From: an uncultured Gemmatimonadaceae bacterium
GTDB taxonomy: Bacteria > Gemmatimonadota > Gemmatimonadetes > Gemmatimonadales > Gemmatimonadaceae
Reading direction: 5' to 3'
Assembly: GCA_963817955.1 (NCBI GenBank)
Contig: CAWFQK010000004.1
Location: 1,408,001 to 1,472,000 of the forward strand
DNA: 64,000 nt
Shown: one piece after another, positions 1-9,927 of the stretch
Layout of the letters: each line of letters opens with the position of its first letter
Position numbering within the stretch: the stretch's first letter is position 1
Notes under the pieces: model-generated
Databases searched by the model: none
What the model was told of the DNA's origin: nothing
Seen by the model: the letters and a program-made list of their open reading frames with translations, nothing else
Translations under genes and position numbers: made by a program

Positions 1-68
1 CCGCGAGGACTTCCCTATGAGCAGGCGGGGATTCCACCTGAACACGGGTGCATCCCCTCTGCACGCCG

Positions 69-180
69 ACCGATCCCTTCTCGGCGCGATCGTATTCCCT
101 CTGGGTAGCGATCGATTCCTTCTCGCCACGCTCGCATCCCTTGTGGGTAGCGATCGATCCCCTCTCGCCACGCTCGCGTC
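69..180. repeat. Degenerate 42-bp tandem repeat (~3 units)
   Basis: GGGTAGCGATCGAT at 103 and 145; CGAT.CC.TCTCG at 71, 113 and 155 (period 42). Confidence 0.75.
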
Positions 181-284
181 GTGCGATGAGCGTAGTCCTA
201 TATATTAGTTCCGAAAACGTGGGGTCAGCGCAAGGGCCAAGATGTCCGATTGACTAAAACCGACATGTTTTGATGATTTCGGCG

Positions 285-1253
285 TTAGTAGTTAGTAGAG
301 AGACACGTCAGTCGCGATGCCGCGGACTCGTGTCCCGTGTCCCGTGTCCCGTGTCCAGTGTCTTGTCCCGCCGCCGGCGCCTTTGGCGACGGCAGACTGA
401 CCAGGATTGCCGTGATCACCAGAACGATTCCAGCCACCGTCAACTCGACGGTGGACGACCGGTAGATCGACGTCGCTGCCGACTCGCTGCCGAGCGTCGG
501 CCGTTGGCGGCGCCAATTCCATGATCCGAGGCCAAACACGAGCGCGACCACGCACAACTTCGCGATCAGGGTATAGCCGTACGGCGTCGTCCAGAGGGCG
601 CTCAGCGTGTGCAGATGGCGCCAGCCCGTGATGACTCCGAACAGCACCACCACGCCACCCATCGTCAGCGCGAGCGGCGAGAAACCGTTCACCATGTCGG
701 CAGCAATCTCGCCACGGCGCGCACGCGTCGGTTCGTCGCGCTGCAGGGCACGGAGGCCCGCCACGACGAGCACGAACAATGTGCCAATCCAGAGACCGGC
801 GGCGAGGGAGTGGACGGGATTCACGAGCGACGACCACTTGCCGAGCAGCGCGGCGCGCAACCATCCCACGATCACCCCGATCGCCGCGATGGCCCAGCCC
901 GCGCGCACTCGAGCCGCCGCCAGGAGATACCCAATGAAAGCAAGCACAAGGAATCCCACCTGCATCATGGTCGCGGGATCGCTCGTGACCAATGCCACTG
1001 CCGTCGTCTGCCGGCGTGCCGCTAGGTCCGGCACCTGCCAGGCAGAAAGCGCCAGGCCAATGACCACGCCGATCACCCCCAATATTGCGGCGCGCCCGGC
1101 AGCGTCTTCGTAGAACTGCCGGTCTGTTTCGATTCGCCGGCCGCGCAACGCGAAGTACCGAAAGCCGATCGCGCCGGCCGCGAGGAACAGTCCGGCGAAT
1201 CCGATGAGCTCGCGCACCGGATCGGACCACTGTAGCAGGGGTTCCGCTTGCAT
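285..1253 (-). CDS. CopD-family copper resistance membrane protein
   Basis: Multi-TM protein with HSLAAGLWIG and W-T-T-P-Y-G..L..K motifs. The C-terminal tail runs through the heptamer repeats. Confidence 0.8.
   Translation of the reverse strand: MQAEPLLQWSDPVRELIGFAGLFLAAGAIGFRYFALRGRRIETDRQFYEDAAGRAAILGVIGVVIGLALSAWQVPDLAARRQTTAVALVTSDPATMMQVGFLVLAFIGYLLAAARVRAGWAIAAIGVIVGWLRAALLGKWSSLVNPVHSLAAGLWIGTLFVLVVAGLRALQRDEPTRARRGEIAADMVNGFSPLALTMGGVVVLFGVITGWRHLHTLSALWTTPYGYTLIAKLCVVALVFGLGSWNWRRQRPTLGSESAATSIYRSSTVELTVAGIVLVITAILVSLPSPKAPAAGQDTGHGTRDTGHESAASRLTCLSTNY
329..370. repeat. Heptamer tandem repeat (CGTGTCC)n
   Basis: cgtgtcc cgtgtcc cgtgtcc cgtgtcc agtgtc. Related arrays at ~5433, ~29488 and ~53220 (inverted). 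Confidence 0.8.
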
Positions 1254-1309
1254 GTCTGAGATCTCCAGATGAGTCAGTCATTCCTGACGGGGCTTCCAGA
1301 AATTCCCCG

Positions 1310-1735
1310 ATGAGCCAACTTCTCTTCATGAAAAAGACCATTACTTCCCTGCTGATGGTGACCCGCCTGCTCGGCGTCGTTCAAATCGTCGTTGGCCTCG
1401 CCATATGGTTCAGCCTCCGCAACGGACCCGCTGCAGTCCACTCGGGACCCGTTGCATTCCACTCGGCGGTTGGCTCGCTGTTTGTGCTCGTGATGGGGAT
1501 CATCAGCGTGATCTGTTTGTTTGTGCTGCCGCGGCGCGCTGTCGCGTTGTTCGCCCTGTTCTGGAGCGGTGTCGTGCTCTGGCTCGGCATGGCGCAGACG
1601 TCGCTGGCAGTGGGTAGCGCGCACTGGACCGTTCGCGTGGCACACCTGGTCGTTGGACTCGCGGCACTCGGATTGATCGAGGCGCTCGGCGGGGCAACCA
1701 AGCGCCATTGGGCGGCGCTGCACAGTGGTGCGTAA
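1310..1735 (+). CDS. Small 4-TM membrane protein, His-containing (start may be 1328)
   Basis: Hydrophobic segments; ORF precedes the methyltransferase on the same strand. Confidence 0.65.
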   Translation: MSQLLFMKKTITSLLMVTRLLGVVQIVVGLAIWFSLRNGPAAVHSGPVAFHSAVGSLFVLVMGIISVICLFVLPRRAVALFALFWSGVVLWLGMAQTSLAVGSAHWTVRVAHLVVGLAALGLIEALGGATKRHWAALHSGA

Positions 1736-1768
1736 CGCGCGGGCCGATTTCCGGCTCTCGCGAGCGCC

Positions 1769-2563
1769 ATGAACTCTGACGCAGCAGCCCCCCGCGAGTG
1801 GAATGCGCAGTCCTATCACGCGCTGTCCGAGCCACAGTTCGAGTGGGGCAAGCACGTGCTGGCCAGTCTCGCTCTCGATGGCAACGAAGTGGTGCTCGAC
1901 GCCGGTTGCGGCACTGGCCGCCTCACGGCCTTGCTCGACGATCGGCTGCCGCGCGGCCACACGGTTGCGCTCGACAGATCGGAGAACATGGTGCGGGTCG
2001 CGAAGGAAATGCTCGCACCACGTGCAGCTCGCTGCGACGTCGTCCTCGGCGACCTCTCCGCGCTGCCCTTCCGCGCGGCGTTCGACGTCGTCTTCAGCAC
2101 GGCCACCTTTCATTGGGTGCCGGATCACGACGTGCTGTTCGCGAATCTGTTCGCGGTCCTTCGCCAGGGTGGACGGGTCCATGCGCAGTGCGGCGGCGGC
2201 GCCAATCTGGAACGCATCCACGAGCGTGCCGATCTCCTCAGGCGCACGCCGGCGTTCGCCGGCTACTTCGCGAATTGGCGCGAGCCGTGGGAGTTCGCAA
2301 CCGCCGAGCTGACCGCGCAGCGGCTGGCGCGCGCCGGCTTCCGCGACGTACGCACAAGCGTCCAAGCCGCACCAACGACGTTTCGGGACGCCGCGGCTTA
2401 TCAGTCGTTCGTCTCAACTGTGGTCCTGCGCCCGTTCCTGTCGCGCCTGCCCACCGAGGAGCTTCGGACCACGTTTGCCGCGCGGATCACCGAGGCGGCC
2501 GCACATAACGATCCGCCATTTACGCTCGACTACTGGCGCCTGAATATCCAGGCAACAAAGTGA
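1769..2563 (+). CDS. Class I SAM methyltransferase (trans-aconitate methyltransferase-like)
   Basis: VLDAGCGTG motif, FDVVFSTATFHWV and C-terminal DYWRLNI. Confidence 0.85.
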   Translation: MNSDAAAPREWNAQSYHALSEPQFEWGKHVLASLALDGNEVVLDAGCGTGRLTALLDDRLPRGHTVALDRSENMVRVAKEMLAPRAARCDVVLGDLSALPFRAAFDVVFSTATFHWVPDHDVLFANLFAVLRQGGRVHAQCGGGANLERIHERADLLRRTPAFAGYFANWREPWEFATAELTAQRLARAGFRDVRTSVQAAPTTFRDAAAYQSFVSTVVLRPFLSRLPTEELRTTFAARITEAAAHNDPPFTLDYWRLNIQATK

Positions 2564-3326
2564 GCCGGTCGTTGAGCGCTTTGTAACGCTCCCGACTCAC
2601 CGGGACTCGCGCGCCATTGGCGAGCAGGGCGCTGTAGCTGTATTGGGATTCGGCGCGCAGTTCGCGAATGCGGTCGATACGCACGAGCGCCGAGCGGTGC
2701 GTTCGATGGAATTGCGAGGGGTCGAGGAATGCCTCGAGACGCGAGAGCCGTTCGCGTAACAGACGCACGCGGCCCTGTGCGTGCACTCGGACGTAATACG
2801 TGTCGCCCTCGATCCAGTCGACGTCGTCCACTGGTATCACCAGTTGTCGCCCGCGCTCGGGAATCACCAGTTGCCGGAGGTATTGCGCGGGCACCGCGTC
2901 CGCGGGCGGCTCGAGCGTTGCGCGCAAGGTTCGTCCCTGATTCACGCGGCGGACCGCGCGGTCGAGCGCGACGTGCAGCCGTTCGTCGCGCACCGGCTTC
3001 ACGAGGAAGTCGATCGCTTCTGCCTCGAATGCACGCACGGCGTGCTCGTCGTACGCCGTCACGAAGATCACCGCTGGGGGCGTCGCTTCAGGCTCCAGTC
3101 GCTCGAGCATGGCAAATCCGTCCAGCACCGGCATGGCGATGTCGAGCAACAGAATATCGGGAGCCTGCGCGTGAATCACCGTGAGCGCCTGCATCCCGTG
3201 CTCGCAGAGCGCAATGACTTCGACGCCGACGATGCCCAGCCGGGCGACGGCATCACGAAGCCCTTCACGCGCCAGTGGCTCGTCATCCACGATCACGACG
3301 CGGTATCCATCCGGAAGAACGGTCAT
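2520..3326 (-). CDS. LytTR-family response regulator
   Basis: Receiver domain (IVDDEPLAR, LLDIAMP, FVTAYDE, FLVKP) plus LytTR (FHRTHRS, VPVSR). Start placed at MTVLP (3326). Confidence 0.9.
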   Translation of the reverse strand: MTVLPDGYRVVIVDDEPLAREGLRDAVARLGIVGVEVIALCEHGMQALTVIHAQAPDILLLDIAMPVLDGFAMLERLEPEATPPAVIFVTAYDEHAVRAFEAEAIDFLVKPVRDERLHVALDRAVRRVNQGRTLRATLEPPADAVPAQYLRQLVIPERGRQLVIPVDDVDWIEGDTYYVRVHAQGRVRLLRERLSRLEAFLDPSQFHRTHRSALVRIDRIRELRAESQYSYSALLANGARVPVSRERYKALNDRLTLLPGYSGASSRA

Positions 3327-4773
3327 GACGGGGCAGCGGGGCCGAGGGGAAGCGATATCGTGACACGCGCACCACCGCCCCTTCCGGGGCCCGGAAGGCG
3401 AACCGCGCGCGACCATCATACAAACGATCGAGCCGCTCGCGCGTGTTCGCCAGTCCAATACCGGCGGATTCTTCGGTTTCGCCAACGGCGGGCCCATCGT
3501 TCTCTATGACCAGCTCCAACTCGTCGTCAAGGCGCTTGGCGGTGATCCGAACGACTCCGCCGTCAAGGGTCCGCGCAACCCCGTGCTCCACCGCGTTCTC
3601 CACGATCGGTTGCAGGAGCAACTGTGGCACGGGCGTGGTGCGCACGGTGGCGTCCGCGTCGATCGTGAAGCGCAGCTTCGCACCAAAGCGCACCTGCTGC
3701 ACCTGAAGATACTGTTCGGCGAATTGGAGCTCGTCATGCAACGGCACCTGGCCTGGGCGTTCGTCGAGCACGTACCGGAGGAGCGAGGAAACGCCATCGA
3801 GCATGTGCGTGGCATCCTCCGTCTTGCCGGCCCGCGTCAGCGTCTGCACACCGTTCAGGGCATTGAAGAGAAAATGTGGATTGAGACGCGCACGAAGGGC
3901 CCCGAGCCGGCTGGCGAGCGACTCGGTGCGCAACAGCGCTTCGCGGTCACTCGCTGCACGCCGACGTCGTTCCGCGTCGGAGGCAAAGCCCAGGGTGAGA
4001 ATGGCGAGATACGCCAGCATGTCGAGCGGCAGATACGTCACGAACGCGGTCTGATCGAGTACCCGCCACCCGGGCACGATCGGAATGAAGAGTGCGGCCG
4101 TCACGGCTTCGACGAGCACGGCATGCACGGAGGCCAACACCCAGACAATCGCCAGATGAGACAGCAGGTCTATGGCGCGGGGGCCGCCAGCAGCCGCACG
4201 CGCCGCATGCCAGAACGGTCGTTCCGCAAGAATGATCGGTGTCGCACCAATCCAGCCAAGCAGCGTCATGATCTGCCAGACGGTGGCCAGCCAGGACGAC
4301 AGGGGATGCCCTGCCCCGTGGAGCGCCATTGCCACCATTGGCCAGCCGGCGATCGCTATGGTGGTCAACGCGACGGCAAGCAGCGCGCGCGTCGAGAGTG
4401 CGCGCCGGTACCAGGGATTACCTTCGTCGCGTGGAAGCTCGACGAGCGTCGATGCCGCCGTATCGAGCAGTCGGCCGGCGAACCGGCCTCCTGCCGCGCC
4501 AATGAACGCCGGAATCAGCAACAGCGCGAACATCGGGCTGGCGTCGTGCCGCACCACGAGGTGCACGAGTGGCAGCCCGATGGACGAGCACACTGCAACG
4601 AGCGGGATGGGCGCGCGGCCCGGCAACGTGAGCGCAAAGGTGACGAGCAGGAGCACCGTCACGGGTCCTTGCACGTCGCTCGCCGACGCATCGATCCACG
4701 CGACCAGCAAGCCTCCGATGATCGACACACCGGCCCACGCAGCAATCTCTGAACGGCTTCGACGATTTCGCAT
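3283..4773 (-). CDS. LytS-type membrane sensor histidine kinase with a probable 1-nt frameshift near its 3' end
   Basis: LRARLNPHFLFNALN, LLQPIVENAVEHG and GIGLAN. The expected GGGARVTISLP tail lies in another frame and ends at TGA ~3323. Confidence 0.85.
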   Translation of the reverse strand: MRNRRSRSEIAAWAGVSIIGGLLVAWIDASASDVQGPVTVLLLVTFALTLPGRAPIPLVAVCSSIGLPLVHLVVRHDASPMFALLLIPAFIGAAGGRFAGRLLDTAASTLVELPRDEGNPWYRRALSTRALLAVALTTIAIAGWPMVAMALHGAGHPLSSWLATVWQIMTLLGWIGATPIILAERPFWHAARAAAGGPRAIDLLSHLAIVWVLASVHAVLVEAVTAALFIPIVPGWRVLDQTAFVTYLPLDMLAYLAILTLGFASDAERRRRAASDREALLRTESLASRLGALRARLNPHFLFNALNGVQTLTRAGKTEDATHMLDGVSSLLRYVLDERPGQVPLHDELQFAEQYLQVQQVRFGAKLRFTIDADATVRTTPVPQLLLQPIVENAVEHGVARTLDGGVVRITAKRLDDELELVIENDGPAVGETEESAGIGLANTRERLDRLYDGRARFAFRAPEGAVVRVSRYRFPSAPLPRHDRSSGWIPRRDRG

Positions 4774-4884
4774 GAGAGCACGGTGGCGCAGTGACGGCCG
4801 GGGCACCAGTCGTCGTGCCACGAACACCCGCCGGCGTGCAACGAACGATTGTGGGTCTTCGCCGAACTGAGTGGCGAATTGTCT

Positions 4885-5420
4885 GTCATCTGAGCGACGG
4901 CCTGGTCATCCTGAGCGCAAGCGAAGGATCTCTGTGGGCGTATAGACCAGCTGAGCGCAAGCGAAGGATCTCTGTGGGCGTATAGACCAGCTTTTAACGC
5001 AGAGGTCGCAGAGAACTGCAGGAGGTCGCAGAGAACTGCAAGAGAACTGCAGAGAACCGTGAAGGATTGTCTCGCCTGGAAGGCTTGGATGATGCCGTCG
5101 TGAGGCTCCGATGGTATCGCCCAGGTCGGGATCATCAACGATATGGGCGGCCTGATTGTGGACTCGGCATCCACAGTTCATTCCACCGATACGCGCTTCC
5201 TCTTCCGTACGCTTGCAGTTCTCTGTTGCAGTTCCCTTTTCCAGTTTCTCTTTTGCAGTTCTCTTGCAGTTCTCTTTTGCAGTCCTCTGCAGTTCTCCTG
5301 CAGTTCTCTGCGTCCTCTGCGTTAAAAAGCTGGTCTATACGCCCACAGAGATCCTTCGCTTGCGCTCAGGATGACAGGGCTTCGCTCAGGATGACAGGGC
5401 TTCGCTCAGGATGACCAGGC
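4885..5420. mobile_element. Non-autonomous nested-inverted-repeat element, copy 1
   Basis: Arms GTCATCCTGAGCGCAAGCGAAGGATCTCTGTGGGCGTATAGACCAGCT..AACGCAGAG and their reverse complement flank 12-bp AGAGAACTGC tandem repeats and a ~155-bp core shared with other copies. Confidence 0.8.
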
Positions 5421-5457
5421 ATCGCGTCTCCCCTGTCCCGTGTCATTAGTTTGCGCC

Positions 5458-6420
5458 ATGCTTTCTCGCGCCAGAGCACATCTCACCAATCGCAGCGCAT
5501 ACCTGTCGCTCGGCCTTGGCGTGTTCGCCATCGGCTGGTCGGCCATTCTGGTGCGTTGGACCGCCGTGCCGGGGTTGGTCTCGGCATTCTACCGGCTGGC
5601 GTTCGCCAGCATGGTGTTCATTCCGTGGCGCATGTACTCGCCTCGGTACCGGCTCGGCACGGTGCCGAGTGGTGACGGCGCGGTGGTGTTGGCGCGACGG
5701 GCGATCACCGCCCGCCATGCCGCCATCATCGCCGGCGTATTTTTCGGCGCCGATCTCGCCTTCTTCAACTCGGCCGTAATGGCCACGACCGCCACGAACG
5801 CGGCGCTCCTCGGGGTGAACGCCCCGATCTTCGTCGCCATCGGCGCGTGGTGGATGTATGGCGAGCGGCCGGCGCTGCGCTTCTGGCTCGGCTTCCTGCT
5901 CGCCCTGGCCGGCATGATCGCCATCGTCGGGACCGATGTCGTGCTCCATCCGCAGTTGGGCTTCGGCGATCTGCTGGCGATCCTTGGCGCGCTCTGCTAC
6001 GCCGTGTACCTGCTCTTCGTGCAACGCAGCCGGTTGACGATGGACACGTTGACGTTCAGCGTCTGGTCCGCCGCGGTCGGCGCGCTCTGCCTGCTGCCCG
6101 TGTGCCTGTTGTTTCGAGCGCCACTCGGCGGCTTTAGTGAACGCTCATGGGCGGCGCTCGTCGCGCTCGCCCTCACCACGCAGGTGGTTGGGCATGTCCT
6201 CGTGGCACACGCCATGGGTCGTGTGCCGGCGACGCTCTCGTCCATCGTACTCCTCGCCCAAGCGCCCCTCACGGCCATCCTCGCCTGGCCGCTGCTTGGT
6301 GAGCCCATCCGCGCGTCGCAGCTCGTGGGCGGCACACTGGTGCTCGCCGGCATCATGGTGGTGAACGTGAACCGTCTGTCAGCGACTACGGGTTTACCGT
6401 CATCGGCACCGGGCGATTGA
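5458..6420 (+). CDS. DMT/EamA-family transporter
   Basis: Two 5-TM repeats; AFYRLAFA, FGDLLA, LLGEPI..QLVGG. Confidence 0.85.
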   Translation: MLSRARAHLTNRSAYLSLGLGVFAIGWSAILVRWTAVPGLVSAFYRLAFASMVFIPWRMYSPRYRLGTVPSGDGAVVLARRAITARHAAIIAGVFFGADLAFFNSAVMATTATNAALLGVNAPIFVAIGAWWMYGERPALRFWLGFLLALAGMIAIVGTDVVLHPQLGFGDLLAILGALCYAVYLLFVQRSRLTMDTLTFSVWSAAVGALCLLPVCLLFRAPLGGFSERSWAALVALALTTQVVGHVLVAHAMGRVPATLSSIVLLAQAPLTAILAWPLLGEPIRASQLVGGTLVLAGIMVVNVNRLSATTGLPSSAPGD

Positions 6421-7003
6421 GGTAGACCGTCTTGGTCTCGCTGCGGAACTGCAGTATCCGCGAGAACCAGGATTCATCGCGCGGTTCCCCGCCATGATCC
6501 ATCAGGTAACGCGCCACATTGTATGCGTCATCGGGGTCCATGCGTAGGCATCCATGTGACGCAGCCTCGCCAAGGCTCTCTTCCTCGTTGGTGCCGTGGA
6601 TGTAGTAGTCAGGCTCCTTGAAGAAGATCTTCACGACCTGCATCGGATTGGTGGACGCGCCTGGCGGCTGCGGCCTCTCGCGTCTGGCCCAGGGTTGGTT
6701 GGGCGGCACCCAAGCCGGATTCCACTCGATGTGCCGGATCGAGTAGCTCCCGACCGGGGTCGGCATGCTGCCTCGACCCACCGCAACGGGATACGACGCG
6801 ACAACGGAATCCCCGCTCTTGATGTAGAGCTTCCGTGCGCCGAGGTACACCTCCACCCTGACGCCAACGGCGTTGGGAAGCGGGGCAGATGGACGGCGCG
6901 CAACCACGGCCAGTCCGCCAACTGAGAGCGCGGCGAACGCGGCCGTCGTGGCCACGCGCCGCGCTCGCATCACCTTCGACTTCGTTCCGACACCATGCTC
7001 CAT
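6386..7003 (-). CDS. L,D-transpeptidase (YkuD domain)
   Basis: YPVAVG..TPVG and YYIHGT..SHGCLRM catalytic motif. Confidence 0.9.
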   Translation of the reverse strand: MEHGVGTKSKVMRARRVATTAAFAALSVGGLAVVARRPSAPLPNAVGVRVEVYLGARKLYIKSGDSVVASYPVAVGRGSMPTPVGSYSIRHIEWNPAWVPPNQPWARRERPQPPGASTNPMQVVKIFFKEPDYYIHGTNEEESLGEAASHGCLRMDPDDAYNVARYLMDHGGEPRDESWFSRILQFRSETKTVYLNRPVPMTVNP

Positions 7004-7094
7004 CGACGCTGCGCCTGCTCAGGGTCATCGCACAATGTGACGTCTGGCGTCACGCGGTGAATCAAAAGCAAGCCACATTCCAACTCGGGCCTGA

Positions 7095-7985
7095 TCAGTG
7101 CGCGCTCGTGACCCAAGCGGTCCACCAGATGTCGCGCAACATGCGCGCGCCCGCGGCGAGCCGATCCGCGGTGAAGCTCTTGTTCTCGGGCGCGGTCGTC
7201 GTCGCGTCAAAGGGATGCGCCTTGTCGAGTTGATAGAGATGTTCCACCTGACCATTCGTCTGCGTGAGGTACGAGACGATTGCGGTGCGCAGATCGGGAA
7301 GCACGTGCGCGGACGTATCCATGCGCGACAGCAAATCGCCGAGCTTGATGTTCGCGCCCACGTAGGCCGTCTCGAAGCGCGAGTGCAGACGCTTGTCCGT
7401 GGCGTACCCGTTTGGATTCGGGCCGGTCCACCCGTTGAACTGAATGCTCGTGTGCGTCGGGTTCGATCCGTCCGCGACATAATGTCCGAGGATGCCAGCG
7501 TCGTTGATGATGCGGGCCTCGATCCATGGACGCGTGCTGTCAGGAGCGGCGCGCCACAGCCGGAACTCCTCACGCAACTGTTGTGAAAGCTCGAGCATGC
7601 GGAACGGCAGCAGGCCCATCGTCGCGCCCTTCACGCCGGCCGCGGTCAGTGTATCGACATAGGCAAAGCGGTTCGGCGCCTTGAGTGCGGCGGCAAGTAC
7701 CGCGGGCGGAACCAAGTCCATGTCGATGAAGTGCTCCGGCGCGGTGCCTCCATCGAGTGCAGGATCCAACGCCTGTTCCGCGCGATCCCGCCAGCGATCC
7801 GGCTCCGGATTGAGATACGCGAGTTGGCGCGTTGCGTTGCGCAGGAACGCGGGCGCGGACGCCGGCAACTCGAGTGCGGCGGCCTCGCCCGTGAGACGGT
7901 GCCCCGCCTCACCCCACGCAAATACGAGCGCCGGCGCCATGAGGACGCCGGCAACAGTCAGCAGAACGACAATGCCCTTTTTCAT
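7095..7985 (-). CDS. Secreted S1/P1 nuclease / phospholipase C-like Zn enzyme
   Basis: Signal peptide then WGEAGH; GHYVADGSNPTH; LHSRFE. Confidence 0.8.
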   Translation of the reverse strand: MKKGIVVLLTVAGVLMAPALVFAWGEAGHRLTGEAAALELPASAPAFLRNATRQLAYLNPEPDRWRDRAEQALDPALDGGTAPEHFIDMDLVPPAVLAAALKAPNRFAYVDTLTAAGVKGATMGLLPFRMLELSQQLREEFRLWRAAPDSTRPWIEARIINDAGILGHYVADGSNPTHTSIQFNGWTGPNPNGYATDKRLHSRFETAYVGANIKLGDLLSRMDTSAHVLPDLRTAIVSYLTQTNGQVEHLYQLDKAHPFDATTTAPENKSFTADRLAAGARMLRDIWWTAWVTSAH

Positions 7986-7988
7986 TTC

Positions 7989-8759
7989 TCAGGTGGCCTT
8001 GGGAGTGTGCAAGGCAAATGTAGCACCTTGTGCGTCGATGCACTGAGCGATCCAGTCGCCACCCGGGACTTCCGTTGGACCCATGACGACCTTCCCGCCC
8101 AGGCGGGTCACCTCATTGGCCGCGCGATGGACGTCCGGCACGCGGACATACGACAGCCAGTTTGGGGCCGGCATGTCGGGCGTTCTATTGAACATGCCAC
8201 CGTACGTCTGTCCGTTCTTCCCGAAAATGAAGTACATGCCCATGAGACCCATGTCGAATTCGCGGATCTTTTCCCACTGAAAGATTTCGCGATAGAACTC
8301 GAATGCCGCTTTGTAGTCGGCGGCCATGAGCTCGTGCCACGAGAACTCGCCGACGCCCGGCGTCTCGCCGCCCGCCGGCGCCGCGCCGTCGGGCTCGAAT
8401 AGTCCAATCAACGCGCCCTGTGGGTCCGCGACGACTGCCCAATCGCCAACGGTCGGAATCTCTGTCGGAGCAAGCCGCACCGTTCCGCCGATCGCGGACA
8501 CCTGGCGCGTACACGCGTCCACGTCATACACGCACACGTAGGGGAGCCAGTGTGGACCAATGTGCTCTGGTATGAGGGCATCAGATAGCTCCTCGACCCC
8601 GCCGACCGGGATGCCGTGGTTCGTCCACATATCGTACTTGGGCGACACCTCCGACTGCTGGATACCCCACGATGTGATCGCCGGATAGAACGACTGCGCG
8701 GCCTTACGACTCGAGGTTTTCAGGTCGTGCCAAACGAACTGACCGTGCGCGCTGGGCAT
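7989..8759 (-). CDS. Two-domain VOC/glyoxalase-family protein
   Basis: Duplicated FxWHxL ... WLxYV ... DPQGA modules. Confidence 0.85.
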   Translation of the reverse strand: MPSAHGQFVWHDLKTSSRKAAQSFYPAITSWGIQQSEVSPKYDMWTNHGIPVGGVEELSDALIPEHIGPHWLPYVCVYDVDACTRQVSAIGGTVRLAPTEIPTVGDWAVVADPQGALIGLFEPDGAAPAGGETPGVGEFSWHELMAADYKAAFEFYREIFQWEKIREFDMGLMGMYFIFGKNGQTYGGMFNRTPDMPAPNWLSYVRVPDVHRAANEVTRLGGKVVMGPTEVPGGDWIAQCIDAQGATFALHTPKAT

Positions 8760-8783
8760 ACGATGCGTTGGTGAATGGTGAGC

Positions 8784-9634
8784 TCAAGGAGTCACGGTAA
8801 CGTCGAACCAGGTCCGCGCTGCGGTGAACCGATCCCGTAGCTCGGCCGCATCCGCCCGCTGCAATGCACCGCGAAACGAGGCGATCTCCCGTTCCGTCAC
8901 CGCGAGCGCCGCATCGAGCGCCGCTGCATTGTCGCGCGCAATCGCCGTCCATACCTCGGGCGAGCTGCCTGCAAGCCGCGTGACGTCACGGCCGCCCGGA
9001 CCGAGGTCCTCGCGCATGACGCCGGACTGCGCGAGGGCAAGCGCCAGCGCGCTCGAGAGGACGTGTGGCAGATGGCTGGTCAAGGCCAGCTTTGCGTCGT
9101 GATCGCTGGCGCCCATGACCAACGGGCGCGCGCCGAGCATAGTCCAGAGTTGTTCGGCTCGTTCCACCGCCAGAGCCGTGGTCTCGTGGGCCGGACACAG
9201 GTAGACGCGTGCGCCGGCGAACAACCCGCACCGCGAGGCCGACCAGCCCGACCGGTGGTCGCCAGCCATGGGGTGCGAACCGACGAACTGTGCTCCGATG
9301 CCGATCGCGCTGGCATCCCGGACGATGCGCGCTTTGGTGCTGCCGACGTCGGTCACAAGGGATGTTCCGCTCAGGTGAGGCACCAGGCGGCGGAGCACCT
9401 CTGCTGCGGCATCAACAGGTACGGCTATTACGATGAGATCGGCCTGGCGTACGCCCCCCCCCCGAGCGCGGCGTCCATCCGCTCCGTCACCACCTTGTCA
9501 CGTACGGCGGCATCGAGGCGCTCCGGATTCTCGTCATAGGCCGAAACCTGCACGCCGTGCGCGGCAAGATCGCGGGCCAGCGATCCACCCACCAGTCCAA
9601 GCCCAACCACCGCGGCGCGACGCAATTCGCTCAC
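8784..9634 (-). pseudogene. tyrA: Prephenate/arogenate dehydrogenase, split by a frameshift in a G10 tract
   Basis: The 5' ORF has GLGLVGGS (Rossmann) and the 3' ORF has DVGSTK, GSHPMAG and TSHLPH. The frame changes at the C10 run (9454-9463). Confidence 0.85.
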
Positions 9635-9927
9635 TTCTGCTCCTGCGCGTGGCGCGACATCCCGACGATCTGCCAGAAAATCTCGCGCACCGGCTCGGGC
9701 GGCAATCCGGCGTCGCGTGCCACAGTAGCCACGCGACGAATGACCGCAGCTTCACGCGTCGGATCGAGAATCGGCAGTCCAGCCGCGCGCTTCAGTTCGC
9801 CCGTGCGCTTTCCCAAAGTGAACCGCTCGGCAAGCAGGCGAATGATGTCGACATCGATGCGTTCAATCTCGCCGCGACGGAGCGCAAGCTCGGCCAGCGC
9901 ACTCTCCTGCTCGGACCGTTCGCTCAT
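9631..9927 (-). CDS. Chorismate mutase (AroQ type)
   Basis: [23 protein letters not shown]; 4-nt overlaps with neighbours. Confidence 0.9.
   Translation of the reverse strand: MSERSEQESALAELALRRGEIERIDVDIIRLLAERFTLGKRTGELKRAAGLPILDPTREAAVIRRVATVARDAGLPPEPVREIFWQIVGMSRHAQEQK

Noticed and set aside
7095..7985. S1/P1 nuclease as a defence system
   Set aside because: It has a signal peptide and housekeeping neighbours; nucleotide or phosphate scavenging is more likely.
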